In this document: positions 1 through 9,818 of the stretch, in pieces | How the letters are laid out: each line of letters begins with the position of its first letter | How positions within the stretch are numbered: the first letter of the stretch is position 1 | DNA from: an uncultured delta proteobacterium | Lineage (GTDB): Bacteria; Myxococcota; Myxococcia; Myxococcales; Anaeromyxobacteraceae | Reading direction: 5' to 3' | Length of the DNA: 64,000 nucleotides | NCBI GenBank assembly: GCA_963845515.1 | Contig: CAWJSR010000023.1 | Location: 32,001 to 96,000, forward strand | Notes under the pieces: generated by a model | Told to the model about the DNA's origin: nothing | Database searches by the model: none | The model's input: only the letters and a program-made list of their open reading frames with translations | Position numbers and translations under genes: made by a program

Positions 1-52
1 GCTGGGGCCACGCATCGGCGTGGCGCCGCCGGCACAGCCGGCGCCTACGACG

Positions 53-93
53 CTCCCTCACCCTGTCCCTCTCCCTCAGTGAGGTAGAGGGGA
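53..93. repeat. REP-like palindromic repeat (CCCTCACCCT..CCCTCTCCC-loop-GAGAGGG family)
   Basis: ctccctcaccctgtccctctccctcagtgaggtagagggga just downstream of the cyclase stop; same motif recurs at 6 other loci. Confidence 0.8.
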
Positions 94-106
94 GGGTTTC
101 CTTGGG

Positions 107-1336
107 CTACTTCTCCAGCCGCTCCAGCGTCCTGCGCGCGACGTCCCCCGCCGTGCAGTAGCCGTCGGCGCCCAGCGCCCGCTTGAACCTGCCGAGCGCG
201 GTCGGCGGCTCGGGGGCGGGCGGGTCCTTCTCGGAGATCAACTTCAGCGCAGGGATCCCCTTCTTCGTCTCCGCGACCGCCAGCGCGCGGGCGGCGAAGA
301 GGCGCCGCTCGCAGGTGGTCGAGCCCCCCTGCTCGGCGAGGAGCTCCAGGGCGCCGGAGTGGTCGCTCGCGGCGGCGCGCGCCAGCAGGTCGAAGCCGCG
401 GACCAGGTTCACGGGGCGCCCGGCGTCGGCGCGGGCGATCTCCAGCATCCCGCGCAGCCATGCGACGCGGGGGTCGTCCTCGGGGAGCTCGCGCGCCTCC
501 GCGTCGATCGCCGCCGCCGCCTCCTCGAAGCGCTCGCGGGCGATCAGCCGCTCGGGCGAACGGGAGAAGAGCCAGAGCGCCGCCCACACCGCCGCCGCGA
601 GGACGGCGACGATGACGATCGCGCGGACGAGGAACGAGTCCTGGAAGCGCCCCATCCTGACGGCGAGCCTCTCCAGACCGCCCTCCGGCGAGTCGAGGCG
701 CGCGAGCGACAGCGGATCCACCGGCTTGAGGCCGCGGACGCGCGTGAGCGCCGCGTTCCCGTAAGGGGGCTCGGCGACCTTGTCGATCGGGACCCCCGGC
801 GGCGTGTCCAGCGCGGCGGGGGTGATGCGGAACATCCGCACCGGCTCGGCGATCCCGCGGAGCGTGCGCGAGCCGATCTCCTCGACGGGGACCTCGTCCC
901 GGTCGGCGGTGAGCCAGGCCGCCTCGGAGAGCCAGATCTCGCCCGCGGTCGCCTCGCGCTCGATGCGCGCGGCCAGGTTCACCGCCTCGCCGTAGACGTC
1001 CTGCGCACCCATGGCGCGGACCAGCGTCACCTCTCCGAGCGTCACCGCGATCCGGACCTCTATCCGGCGGTCCTGCTCGACGCGCCGGTTGTAGTCCCAG
1101 AGCCGATCCTGGATCGCCATCCCGCAGAGGAGCGCGCGCGTCGAGGAGGAGAAGAGGACCAGGTAGGCGTCGCCGATGCTCTTCACGCGGTGGCCGCGGA
1201 AGACGCGCAGCACGGGGGCGAGCAGCGCGTCGTGCAGCGCGACCATGCGCGCGTTCTCGTCGCGGGTCTGGCGCGCGGTCGCGGCGGTGAAGCCCTGCAT
1301 GTCGGTCAGCATGACCGCGAGGTTCTCTGAGCGCAT
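107..1336 (-). CDS. Class III adenylate/guanylate cyclase with TM helix and C-terminal helical domain
   Basis: MLTDMQGFT, KSIGDAY, DVYGEAVNLAARIE catalytic motifs; TM segment AIVIVAVLAAAVWAALW. Confidence 0.85.
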   Translation of the reverse strand: MRSENLAVMLTDMQGFTAATARQTRDENARMVALHDALLAPVLRVFRGHRVKSIGDAYLVLFSSSTRALLCGMAIQDRLWDYNRRVEQDRRIEVRIAVTLGEVTLVRAMGAQDVYGEAVNLAARIEREATAGEIWLSEAAWLTADRDEVPVEEIGSRTLRGIAEPVRMFRITPAALDTPPGVPIDKVAEPPYGNAALTRVRGLKPVDPLSLARLDSPEGGLERLAVRMGRFQDSFLVRAIVIVAVLAAAVWAALWLFSRSPERLIARERFEEAAAAIDAEARELPEDDPRVAWLRGMLEIARADAGRPVNLVRGFDLLARAAASDHSGALELLAEQGGSTTCERRLFAARALAVAETKKGIPALKLISEKDPPAPEPPTALGRFKRALGADGYCTAGDVARRTLERLEK

Positions 1337-1439
1337 CCGCCGCCGAGGATGCACGCGCTGGCGGGCCGGTCAAGCTGGCAGTGGCGCCGGGGGTCGGGTT
1401 CCCGCGTGTGTGCTCGCGTGTGTGCTATGGATCGCCCCC

Positions 1440-2591
1440 GTGAAGAGGGTAGCCATTCTCGGTTCCACCGGCTCGATCGGCGTCCAGGCGCTGGACGTCG
1501 TCTCGCGCTTCCCCGACCGCTTCCAGGTGGTGGGGCTCGCCGCGTGCAGGAACGGCGAGCGGCTCGCCGAGCAGGTCGCACGCTTCCGTCCGCGCGTCGT
1601 CTCGGTCGCCGACCCGGCCGCCGCGAGCGCCCTGCGCGGCAGGATCCCTGCTTCGGTGGAGCTGCTCTCGGGGGAGGACGGGGCGGTCGAGATCGCGAGG
1701 CGGCCGGACGTCGACTTCGTCCTGGCGGCCATCGCCGGCGGCGCTGGGCTGCGCTCGACCGCGGCCGCCGTGGAGGCGGGGAAGCCCGTCGGCCTCGCCA
1801 ACAAGGAGTCGCTGGTCCTCGCCGGTGAGCTGCTCATGGCGCGGGCGGCGGCGAAGGGGGTCGCGATCCTCCCGGTGGACAGCGAGCACTCCGCCATCCA
1901 CCAGTCGCTCGCGGGCCACAACCGCTCGGAGGTCCGTCGGCTCATCCTCACCGCCTCGGGCGGGCCGCTCCGGGCGGTGCCGGCCGGCGAGCTGCGCGAC
2001 GTGACGCCGGCGCGGGCGCTCAAGCACCCCAACTGGTCCATGGGGGACAAGATCACCATCGACTCGGCCACCTTGATGAACAAGGGGCTGGAGGTGATCG
2101 AGGCCCGCTGGCTCTTCGACGTGGAGCCCAGCCGGATCGACATCCTCGTCCACCCCGACTCGGTCGTGCACTCGATGGTCGAGTACGTCGACGGGTCGGT
2201 GGTCGCGCAGCTCGGCACCCCGGACATGCGCGGCCCCATCAGCTACGCGATGGGTCACCCGGAGCGGCTCCCGCTCGACCTGCCGCCGCTCGACCTCGCC
2301 CGGCTGGGGCGGCTCTCCTTCGAGCAGCCCGACGCCGAGCGCTTCCCCGCCTTCACGCTGGCCTACCGCGCGCTGGAGCGCGGCGGGACGGCGCCGGCGG
2401 TCCTCTCCGGCGCCGACGAGGCGGCGGTGGCCGCCTTCCTGGCGGGGCGCTGCCGCTTCACCGAGATCGCGTCCATCTGCGCCGACGTGCTGGCCTCCCA
2501 CCGTCCCGAGCCGGTCGGCTCCGTCGAGCAGGCGCTGGCAGCGAGCGAGTGGGGGCGGGCCGAGGCGGAGCGCCGGGTGGCCGCACCTTGA
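1440..2591 (+). CDS. dxr: 1-deoxy-D-xylulose-5-phosphate reductoisomerase
   Basis: GSTGSIG, LANKES, PVDSEHSA, HPNWSMG, NKGLEVIEA motifs; GTG start at 1440. Confidence 0.97.
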   Translation: MKRVAILGSTGSIGVQALDVVSRFPDRFQVVGLAACRNGERLAEQVARFRPRVVSVADPAAASALRGRIPASVELLSGEDGAVEIARRPDVDFVLAAIAGGAGLRSTAAAVEAGKPVGLANKESLVLAGELLMARAAAKGVAILPVDSEHSAIHQSLAGHNRSEVRRLILTASGGPLRAVPAGELRDVTPARALKHPNWSMGDKITIDSATLMNKGLEVIEARWLFDVEPSRIDILVHPDSVVHSMVEYVDGSVVAQLGTPDMRGPISYAMGHPERLPLDLPPLDLARLGRLSFEQPDAERFPAFTLAYRALERGGTAPAVLSGADEAAVAAFLAGRCRFTEIASICADVLASHRPEPVGSVEQALAASEWGRAEAERRVAAP

Positions 2592-2646
2592 TTCACTCCT
2601 TCGAAGGGCGGAAGCGATCCGCCCGCCGATCGGTTAGGTAGGGGAC

Positions 2647-4288
2647 ATGGACCTCCTGGGCATCGGCTCCTTCATCCTCGTCGTCGGCGGGCTCGTGTTC
2701 GTCCACGAGTTCGGCCACTTCCTCTTCGCGAAGTGGCTGGGCGTCAAGGTGCTGCGCTTCTCGATCGGCTTCGGTCCCCGCCTCCTCTGGTGGACCGTGG
2801 GAGAGACCGAGTACCGGATCTCGGCCCTGCCGCTGGGTGGCTACGTGAAGATGGCCGGGGACGTCCCCGGTGAGGAGACCGCCGAAGAGGACCGCGGCCG
2901 CGGCTTCTACGAGCAGCAGCCGTGGAAGCGGATCGTCATCGGCGTCGCCGGCCCCGCGTCCAACTTCCTCTTCCCCGTCCTGCTCTTCTTCGCGCTGGGG
3001 CTGGCCCAGAACGGCGACCTGACCCCCGCCGCGGCGGTCGGGACCGTCGCGCCAGGCTCGGCCGCCGAGCGCGCCGGGCTGCAGCCGGGCGATCGGATCC
3101 TCATCGATCGCCCCCGAGGGCAGGGTCGCCGTCGACATGCGCTGGTGGGCGGATCTCGTCGACGCCGTCTCGAGCCACCCCGGCGAGCGGCTCGTGCTCA
3201 CCCTCGACCGCGGTGGCCAGCGGCAGCAGCTAGCGGTGGTCCCCGAGACGGAGGAGCGCTTCAACGGCGTCGAGCACGAGCGCCGGGGCGTCCTGGGGAT
3301 CATGGCCACCTGGCCGCCCGCGGTCGTCGCCCCGAGCGCGCCTGGCGCAGCGGGGCCGCTCGCGCCCTTCGACGAGGTGACGAAGGTCGCCGGCGCACCG
3401 GTCGCACACTTCGGCGAGCTCTCGAGGGCCTTCGCCGCAGCGGGCTGCGCGCCCGTCGACGTCGAGGTCGTGCGGGGACCTGCCGACGCGCGCGTCACCA
3501 TGAAGCTCGCAGGGGTCCAGACGTGCGCCGCCGGAGGCTCCAGCATCGTGGCGGTGGATCCCGTCGTCTCGGCGGTCGTCGCGCGCGTGGAGGAGGGGAG
3601 TCCGGCCGCGCAGGCTGGGCTCGTCCGCGGCGACGTGATCACCGCCGTCGACGGCAGGCCCGTCCGCTCGTTCCGCGACCTCGCCGGGCTGGAGCAGGGG
3701 CTGAAGGCCGGCGTCCCGCTGGAGCTCGCGCTCGCCGGCGGCAGGGTGGCGCGGGTGGTCCCGCGCGAGGAGCTGCGCAGGGATCCGGTCACCGGGGACA
3801 AGGTCCCCCGGCTCGTCCTCGGCCTCTTCGGAGAGCGCGCGGTCTCCGCCAGCGCGGCTTCGCTCGAGGTCGACAGGGTCCGCTACGCCCGCGGCGTCGG
3901 CGAGCTCGCGGCGGAGGCGGTCCACGAGACGTGGCGGATCACGCGGGTCACCGCGCTGGGCATCGCCGGGATCGCGACCGGGAAGCTCAGCCACCGCTCG
4001 GTCGGCGGGATCATCACGCTCTTCGACCAGTCGCGCGACGCGGCCGCAGCGGGGTGGGGGACGCTCTTCTTCTGGATGGCCCTCGTCAGCGTCAACCTCG
4101 GGATCATGAACCTGCTGCCGATCCCGGTGCTCGACGGCGGCCACGTCGTCGCCGCGCTGGTGGAGCAGGTGACGCGCCGCCCGCTCTCGATGCGGGTGCG
4201 CGAGGTGGCCACCTACGTCGGCCTGGTGCTGCTGGGGCTGCTCATGATCCTGGCGTTCCGCAACGACATCGCGCGGCTGATGGGCTAG
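2647..4288 (+). CDS. rseP: RIP metalloprotease RseP (M50, PDZ domains); one frameshift near 3103
   Basis: HEFGH zinc motif, GGYVKM, NLLPIPVLDGGH in the second frame; follows dxr. Confidence 0.92.
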
Positions 4289-4291
4289 GCG

Positions 4292-5068
4292 ATGCTCATC
4301 GCGGCAGTCGACTCCGCCACGCTCACGCTCTCGTGCGCCCTCGTGGAGGTGGCGCCGGGCCTGGCGCCGCGCGTCCTCGCCTCCTCCGACGAGCGGGCCC
4401 CTGCCACCGGCGCTCAGGGCGGCCACAGCGCGCGCCTCCCCAACGCGCTGCTCGAGCTGCTCGCGGCGCACGGACGGACCCTCGCCGACGTCGATGGCTG
4501 GGCCGTCGGCATCGGCCCCGGCTCGTTCACCGGCCTTCGCATCGGCCTCGCCACGCTCAAGGGGCTCGCCTATGCGGGGCGGCGGCCGATCGTCGGCGCG
4601 TCCAGCCTCGCCGCCATGGCGCTGGCCGCGGCCCCGGGTGCGCCGGAGGGGGCCGTCCTCGTCCCGCTCCTCGACGCGAAGAAGGCCGAGGTCTACGCCG
4701 GCTTCTACCGGGTGATCCCGGGAGGCGTGGAGGGGCTGCAGCCGGACGCCGCCCTGTCCCCCGAGGCGCTCGCCGAGCGCACCCGCGCGCTCCTGGCCGC
4801 GAACGGCGCGGCGCCGCTCCTCTTCGGCGAGGGGCTCGACGCGTACGCTGGCAAGCTCTCTGGCCAGGGCTCCCGGCTCGAGGCCGCGGTGGGCACTCCG
4901 AGCGCTGCCGCCGTCGCGCTCCTCGCCGCGCCTGGGCTCCTGGGCGCTCCCTTCGACCCCCAGTCCCTCTTCGCCCTCGAGCCCCACTACGTCCGCGCGA
5001 GCGAGGCGGAGATGAAGTACCCGCACGGCTACGGGCCGGGCGCAGATCGCCCGGCCCCAGCGGGGTGA
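4292..5068 (+). CDS. tsaB: tRNA threonylcarbamoyladenosine biosynthesis protein TsaB
   Basis: GPGSFTGLRIG, DAKKAEVY, PHYVR motifs. Confidence 0.95.
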   Translation: MLIAAVDSATLTLSCALVEVAPGLAPRVLASSDERAPATGAQGGHSARLPNALLELLAAHGRTLADVDGWAVGIGPGSFTGLRIGLATLKGLAYAGRRPIVGASSLAAMALAAAPGAPEGAVLVPLLDAKKAEVYAGFYRVIPGGVEGLQPDAALSPEALAERTRALLAANGAAPLLFGEGLDAYAGKLSGQGSRLEAAVGTPSAAAVALLAAPGLLGAPFDPQSLFALEPHYVRASEAEMKYPHGYGPGADRPAPAG

Positions 5069-5101
5069 GTGTCGCTCCCGCTGGCCGGTTAGATACGAGC
5101 C

Positions 5102-6004
5102 ATGCACGTCTTCGTCACAGGGGCCACGGGGCTCATCGGCCGGGCGCTCTGCGCGGCGCTGCTGGACGCGGGGCACGCCGTCGTCGCGCTCACCCGCTCT
5201 GATGGGGGCGCGGGCCGGCTCCCCGGCGGCGTGCGCGTCGTGCGAGGCGAGCCCGCCCGCGCCGGGCCGTGGCTGGAGGAGCTCGCGCGCTGCGATGCCT
5301 GCGTCCACCTGGCCGGGGAGGCGGTCGCCGGGAAGCGCTGGAACCCCGAGCGGAAGCGCGCCATCGAGTCCTCGCGGGTCGAGTCGGCCGCCGTCGTGGC
5401 CGGGCTCATCGCGGCGCGCGGCCCCGGGATCCTGATCCAGGGGAGCGCCGTGGGCTACTACGGCTCGCGCGGAGAGGAGTTGCTCGACGAGAGCTCGCAG
5501 CCGGGCGAGGGATTCCTCGCCGGGGTGACCCAGCGCTGGGAGGCGGCCGCGGCGCCGGCGCGCAAGCGGGCGCGCGTCGTCCTCGTGCGCACCGGCATGG
5601 TCCTCTCGCCGCGCGGCGGCGCGCTGGCCGAGCTGGTGGGGCCGTTCAGGTTCTTCGCCGGAGGGCCGGTGGGGAGCCCCTCCGCCTGGAAGCCCTGGAT
5701 CCACCTCGCTGACGAGGTGGGGCTCATCCTCTGGGCGCTCGAGGAGCAGCGCGTCGAAGGGGCGCTGAACGCCTGCGCACCGGCCCCGGCGCGCAATCGC
5801 GACCTCGCCGCGGCCATCGGCGCGGCCCTCTCGCGTCCGAGCCTCCTCCCGGTGCCGGACTTCGCGATCAAGGCGCTCTTCGGCGAGCTGGCGGAGGTCA
5901 TCCTCGCCAGCCAGCGGGTGCTTCCGAAGAAGGCGCTCGCGCTCGGCTACCGCTTCCGCTTCCCCGAGCTGGGGCCGGCGCTGAAGGACCTGCTTCACGG
6001 ATAG
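5102..6004 (+). CDS. TIGR01777/YfcH-type NAD-dependent epimerase
   Basis: VTGATGLIG, SAVGYYG, WIHLAD, SQRVLP..GYRFRFP. Confidence 0.9.
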   Translation: MHVFVTGATGLIGRALCAALLDAGHAVVALTRSDGGAGRLPGGVRVVRGEPARAGPWLEELARCDACVHLAGEAVAGKRWNPERKRAIESSRVESAAVVAGLIAARGPGILIQGSAVGYYGSRGEELLDESSQPGEGFLAGVTQRWEAAAAPARKRARVVLVRTGMVLSPRGGALAELVGPFRFFAGGPVGSPSAWKPWIHLADEVGLILWALEEQRVEGALNACAPAPARNRDLAAAIGAALSRPSLLPVPDFAIKALFGELAEVILASQRVLPKKALALGYRFRFPELGPALKDLLHG

Positions 6005-6007
6005 TCC

Positions 6008-6046
6008 TCCCTCTCCCCCGCCGGGGGAGGGGCAGGGTGAGGGGGC
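6008..6046. repeat. REP-like palindromic repeat (reverse orientation)
   Basis: tccctctcccccgccgggggaggggcagggtgagggggc. Confidence 0.8.
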
Positions 6047-6092
6047 GACCGCCCGTCGCCACACGGCCACGCTTCTGCTACACAGCGCCACC

Positions 6093-7131
6093 ATGCCCAC
6101 TCGCCCGCTACGCATCGCCATCGCCGGGGCCACCGGCGCCGTCGGCCGCGCCGTCCTGCAGGTCCTCGAGGACCTCGAGGTCGAGGTGGCCGAGCTTCGG
6201 CTGCTCGCCTCGTCGCGGTCCGTGGGGCAGGAGCTGGAGTTCGCCGGCGAGTCGCAGCGGGTCGTGGAGGCGAGGGCAGGTGCGTTCAAGGGGTGCGACG
6301 TCGCGCTGCTCGCGACCCCGCGCGAGGTCTCGTTCCGGCTGGCCGCGCTGGCGCGCGAGGAGGGCTGCTTCGTCGTCGACGACTCAGACGCCTTCCGCGC
6401 CGCGCCGGACGTGCCGCTCGTGGTCGCGGGCGTGAACTCCGGCGCCCTCGACGCCCCGCCGCCGCGCGGGATCGTCGCGAACCCCGGCTCGATCGCCATC
6501 CTGCTCGCGCAGCTCCTCGCGCCGCTGCGGGCGGCGGCCGGGCTCGCCCGCGTCCACGTGACCAGCCTCCACTCGGTGAGCGGCTCGGGGCACCGGGGCG
6601 TCGCGCAGCTCGAGGGGGAGATCGCCGCGCTGATGAACGGTCGCGAGCCGGACGCCCCCGTCGCCTTCCCGCATCGGATCGCCTTCAACGTCGTGCCCCA
6701 GGTCGGCGCCGTTCGACGGCGACGGCGACGGCGCGAGCGCCGGCGAGCAGGAGATCGTCCGCGAGACGCGCGGGATCCTCGGCGCGGCCGCCCTGCCCAT
6801 CCAGGCGCTGGCGATCCGCGTCCCGGTCTTCTACGGCCACTCGCTGGCGGTGAACCTCAGGACCGAGCGGCCGCTCTCCGTCGCGGCCGCGCGCGAGGCG
6901 CTGCGTGGCGCCGCGGGGGTCAAGGTCCTCGACGACCCCGCGCAGAAGGTCTACCCGATGCCGATGCTCGCGGTGAACGACGACGCCGTCCACGTCGGAC
7001 GGATCCGCGTGGACCCGACGCAGGAGAACGGGCTCGATCTCTTCGCGGTCGGCGACAACCTCCGGACCGGCGGCGCGACCAACCTCGTCCGGGTGGGGCT
7101 CCTGCTGGCGGAGCGCCACGCGCGCCGCTGA
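6093..7131 (+). CDS. asd: Aspartate-semialdehyde dehydrogenase family protein (Usg-like, catalytic Cys absent); frameshift near 6708
   Basis: GATGAVG, IAFNVVP, RVPVFYGHS, GRIR, DNLRTG motifs; NPGS instead of NPNC. Confidence 0.8.
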
Positions 7132-7234
7132 CAGTTTGTCAGCGCTTCGCGCGCCGCGCCGCGCCCGGTTGCCAAAGTGTCCCGCCCGGCCCATTGGAGC
7201 CCCCGCAGGGTGGGGATTCCGCCGTGCGTCCGGG

Positions 7235-7250
7235 TGGTTGCAGCCTTGCT
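7235..7250 (+). promoter_or_regulatory. Putative sigma54 (-24/-12) promoter
   Basis: TGGTTGCAGCCTTGCT, GG-N10-GC, with inverted repeat cgctgaca-gtt-tgtcagcg ~100 bp upstream. Confidence 0.5.
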
Positions 7251-7284
7251 TCACCGGCAGGGCGCTTGCACAATACCGGAGGCC

Positions 7285-8197
7285 ATGCGCCGCCTCCTCA
7301 CAGCCCTCGTCGCAGCGACGCCGCTCATCGCGTCTGCCCAGACCGCCGGCCAGATCCTCTTCGACTCCAAGACCATCAATCGGACCCAGTGCCAGGGGAC
7401 GGACGAGATCAGGCTGGATTTCGCGCTCCTGGAGCAGGCGACCGGGAGCTTCGTGGCCGGCACGGGCGAGGTGACCCTCTACTCGGCCAGCGCCGACAAG
7501 ACTGACTCGGTGTTCCCGCCGTGTCACTACGAGGGCGACGGCTCGACCGGCGTCACGGTGGGGCCGCTCCTCGCCCAACCCATCTCCAACCCCGCTGGCA
7601 CGACGGGCTGGGCGATCGGGCCGATGGCCACCATGGTCTCCCAGGCCGGGTTCGACTGCACGACGGCCGACAAGACCATCTACGTCTGCGCGATCTGGAA
7701 GAACTCCGCCAGTGAAGTGAAGGCCTACGCCAAGGGTTCGGTGAGCCTGAAGGTCGCGCTCCCCCCCGCGCCCGTGATCGACATCGACTCGATCGGGATC
7801 GGCGACACCCGGCTCAGCGTGAAGATCAAGCCGCCGACCGGGACGCCGCTGGCCACCGACTTCCGGGCCAGGGCGGTCGCCTGGGACGCTGCGAACGCGG
7901 CGCTCGACCCCGGGGACCACTTCTCGTCGCTGGAGCCGGCGACCGGGGAGGCGACGATCGAGAAGCTCGTCAACGGGGTCTCGTACAGGATCACCGCCTT
8001 CGCCTATACGGTCGAGGGGAACGTGAGCGGGGAGTCGAGCGCAGTCGGGCCGTACATGCCGAGGCCCATCCAGGACGCCTGGGAGCACTACGTGGCGCTC
8101 GGTGGCACCGACTCGGGCGGCTGCCAGGCTGGAGGCGGCCGGGCTCGCCGCACTCCTCGGCGCGGCGGCCCTCCTCCGGCTCCGGAGGCGCGCGTGA
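7285..8197 (+). CDS. Secreted FN3-like protein with MYXO-CTERM sorting tail (MXAN_2561-like); frameshift near 8135
   Basis: Signal peptide; LVNGVSYRITAFAY FN3-like strand; SGGC then AGLAALLGAAALLRLRRRA* in shifted frame, TGA overlapping next GTG. Confidence 0.7.
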
Positions 8198-8907
8198 GCC
8201 GCCTCTGTCTGCTCGCGGCGCTCGCCTCGCTGGCGGCGGCGCTCCCGTCGACGGCGGCGGCCGAGTCGCCCAGGTGGGGCACCTTCGAGTTCCGCCTCTC
8301 CAACTTCCGGCCGAACGTCGACGCCAGCGTCCCCTCCGGCGCGACGCCCTACGCCGACATCTTCAAGACGAAGCGCGGCTGGTTCCCCAGGGTCCTGGCC
8401 TCCTACACGCTCTTCGACCGGTTCGTGCAGGTGGACGCCGGGCTCGGGACCGGGTGGTTTCGCGCGAAGGGGAAGGGGCAGTACGAGGATCCCGTCGGCT
8501 CGGGCAACTACGTGGCCTCCGGCGAGAACACCACCTTCAGCATCGTCCCGGCGACGCTGGCGGTGACGGTGCGCGTGGACGGCGTGGCCGAGCGCTGGCC
8601 CATCCCGATCGACGTCTACGGGCGCGCCGCGCTGGAGCGGTACCACTGGATCGTCACGGACGGCACGGGCGGCCTGTCGAAGAAGGGGGCCACCAACGGC
8701 TGGAGCGTGGCCGGCGGCGTCGGCTTCATGCTCGACTTCATCGACCCCGTCCTCTCGCGCGAGCTCGACGCGGACTCCGGCGTCAACCGGACCTGGCTCT
8801 ACTTCGAGGTCGAGAAGAGCCGGGTGGACGACTTCGGCGCGAAGGACAGCTGGGATCTCTCCGACGAGGAGCTCACGCTCTCGGGCGGATTGAGGATGGT
8901 CTTCTAG
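8194..8907 (+). CDS. Outer-membrane beta-barrel protein (MXAN_2562-like)
   Basis: Own signal peptide ending AAA-ESPR; amphipathic strands; C-terminal GGLRMVF. Confidence 0.75.
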   Translation: MSRLCLLAALASLAAALPSTAAAESPRWGTFEFRLSNFRPNVDASVPSGATPYADIFKTKRGWFPRVLASYTLFDRFVQVDAGLGTGWFRAKGKGQYEDPVGSGNYVASGENTTFSIVPATLAVTVRVDGVAERWPIPIDVYGRAALERYHWIVTDGTGGLSKKGATNGWSVAGGVGFMLDFIDPVLSRELDADSGVNRTWLYFEVEKSRVDDFGAKDSWDLSDEELTLSGGLRMVF

Positions 8908-8910
8908 AGC

Positions 8911-8950
8911 GCTCCCCTCACCCTTGCCCTTGCCCGGTGGGGGAGAGGGA
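8911..8950. repeat. REP-like palindromic repeat between convergent genes
   Basis: gctcccctcacccttgcccttgcccggtgggggagaggga. Confidence 0.75.
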
Positions 8951-8960
8951 TCCCCCGCGC

Positions 8961-9777
8961 TCAGCCCAGCTTCCGGTGCCCCAGCGCCGGGATCTCCCGG
9001 CGGCAGCGCTCCAGACGGTCACGCGCTGAACGGCGCCACGCAGACCCCCTCGCCGTCCGCGCAGCGGGCGAGCACCACCCCCCACGGGTCGACGATCATC
9101 GCGTTGCCGAAGGTCTGGCGCGACGAGGAGTGGCGCCCGACCTGCGCCGGGGCCATCACGTAGGCCAGGTTCTCGATGGCTCGCGCCCGCACCAGCACCT
9201 CCCAGTGGTCCTTGCCGGTGAAGAGCGTGAACGCCGACGGGATGGTGAAGAGCTCGGCGCCGAGCGAAGCCAGCTTCCGGTAGAGCTCGGGGAAGCGGAG
9301 GTCGTAGCAGATGGTGAGGCCGATCCGCCCGAGCGGCGTCGGGGCGAGGATCGCCTCGTCGCCCGGCAACACCACCTCCGACTCCGCGTAGCGGGCGCCG
9401 TCCGGGATGTTCACGTCGAAGAGGTGGATCTTGCGGTATGCGGCCACGATCGAGCCGTCGTCGGCGATGAGCGCGCTGGTGTTGGCCGTCTTGCCCGGCA
9501 CGTCGACCCTCTCGGCGATCGAGCCGGCGGCCACGTAGATGCCGCGCCGGCGCGCGACCTCGCGGACCGCAGCGAGGGTCTCGCCCTCCAGCGTCTCCGC
9601 GGTGGCCTGACGCTGCTCCTCGGGCCCCATGAAGATGAAGTTCTCCGGGAGCCCGACGAGCTTCGCGCCGAGGTCTGCGGCCTCGTTGACGAGCCGTAGG
9701 GCGGTGTCGAGGTTCTTCGCGCGGTCGGCGGTGGAGGTCATCTGGACCGCGCCGACGAGGTAGGCGTGGAGGGGCAT
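8961..9777 (-). CDS. Carbon-nitrogen hydrolase (Nit1/deaminated glutathione amidase type); probable frameshift near 9020
   Basis: E-K-C triad LPEN, YRKIHLFD, ICYDLRFPE; typical tail REIPALGHRKLG* in another frame. Confidence 0.9.
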
Positions 9778-9818
9778 GGATTTCCATTAGCACGGCTCGC
9801 CGTTAGACTTCCCGGGAG

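Noticed and set aside
3230..6688. 1152-aa and other long antisense ORFs
   Set aside because: Shadow ORFs of GC-rich coding strands; Arg/Gly/Ala-rich with no motifs
7177..8907. Single 576-aa autotransporter-like fusion
   Set aside because: An internal signal peptide and a shifted MYXO-CTERM tail indicate two genes
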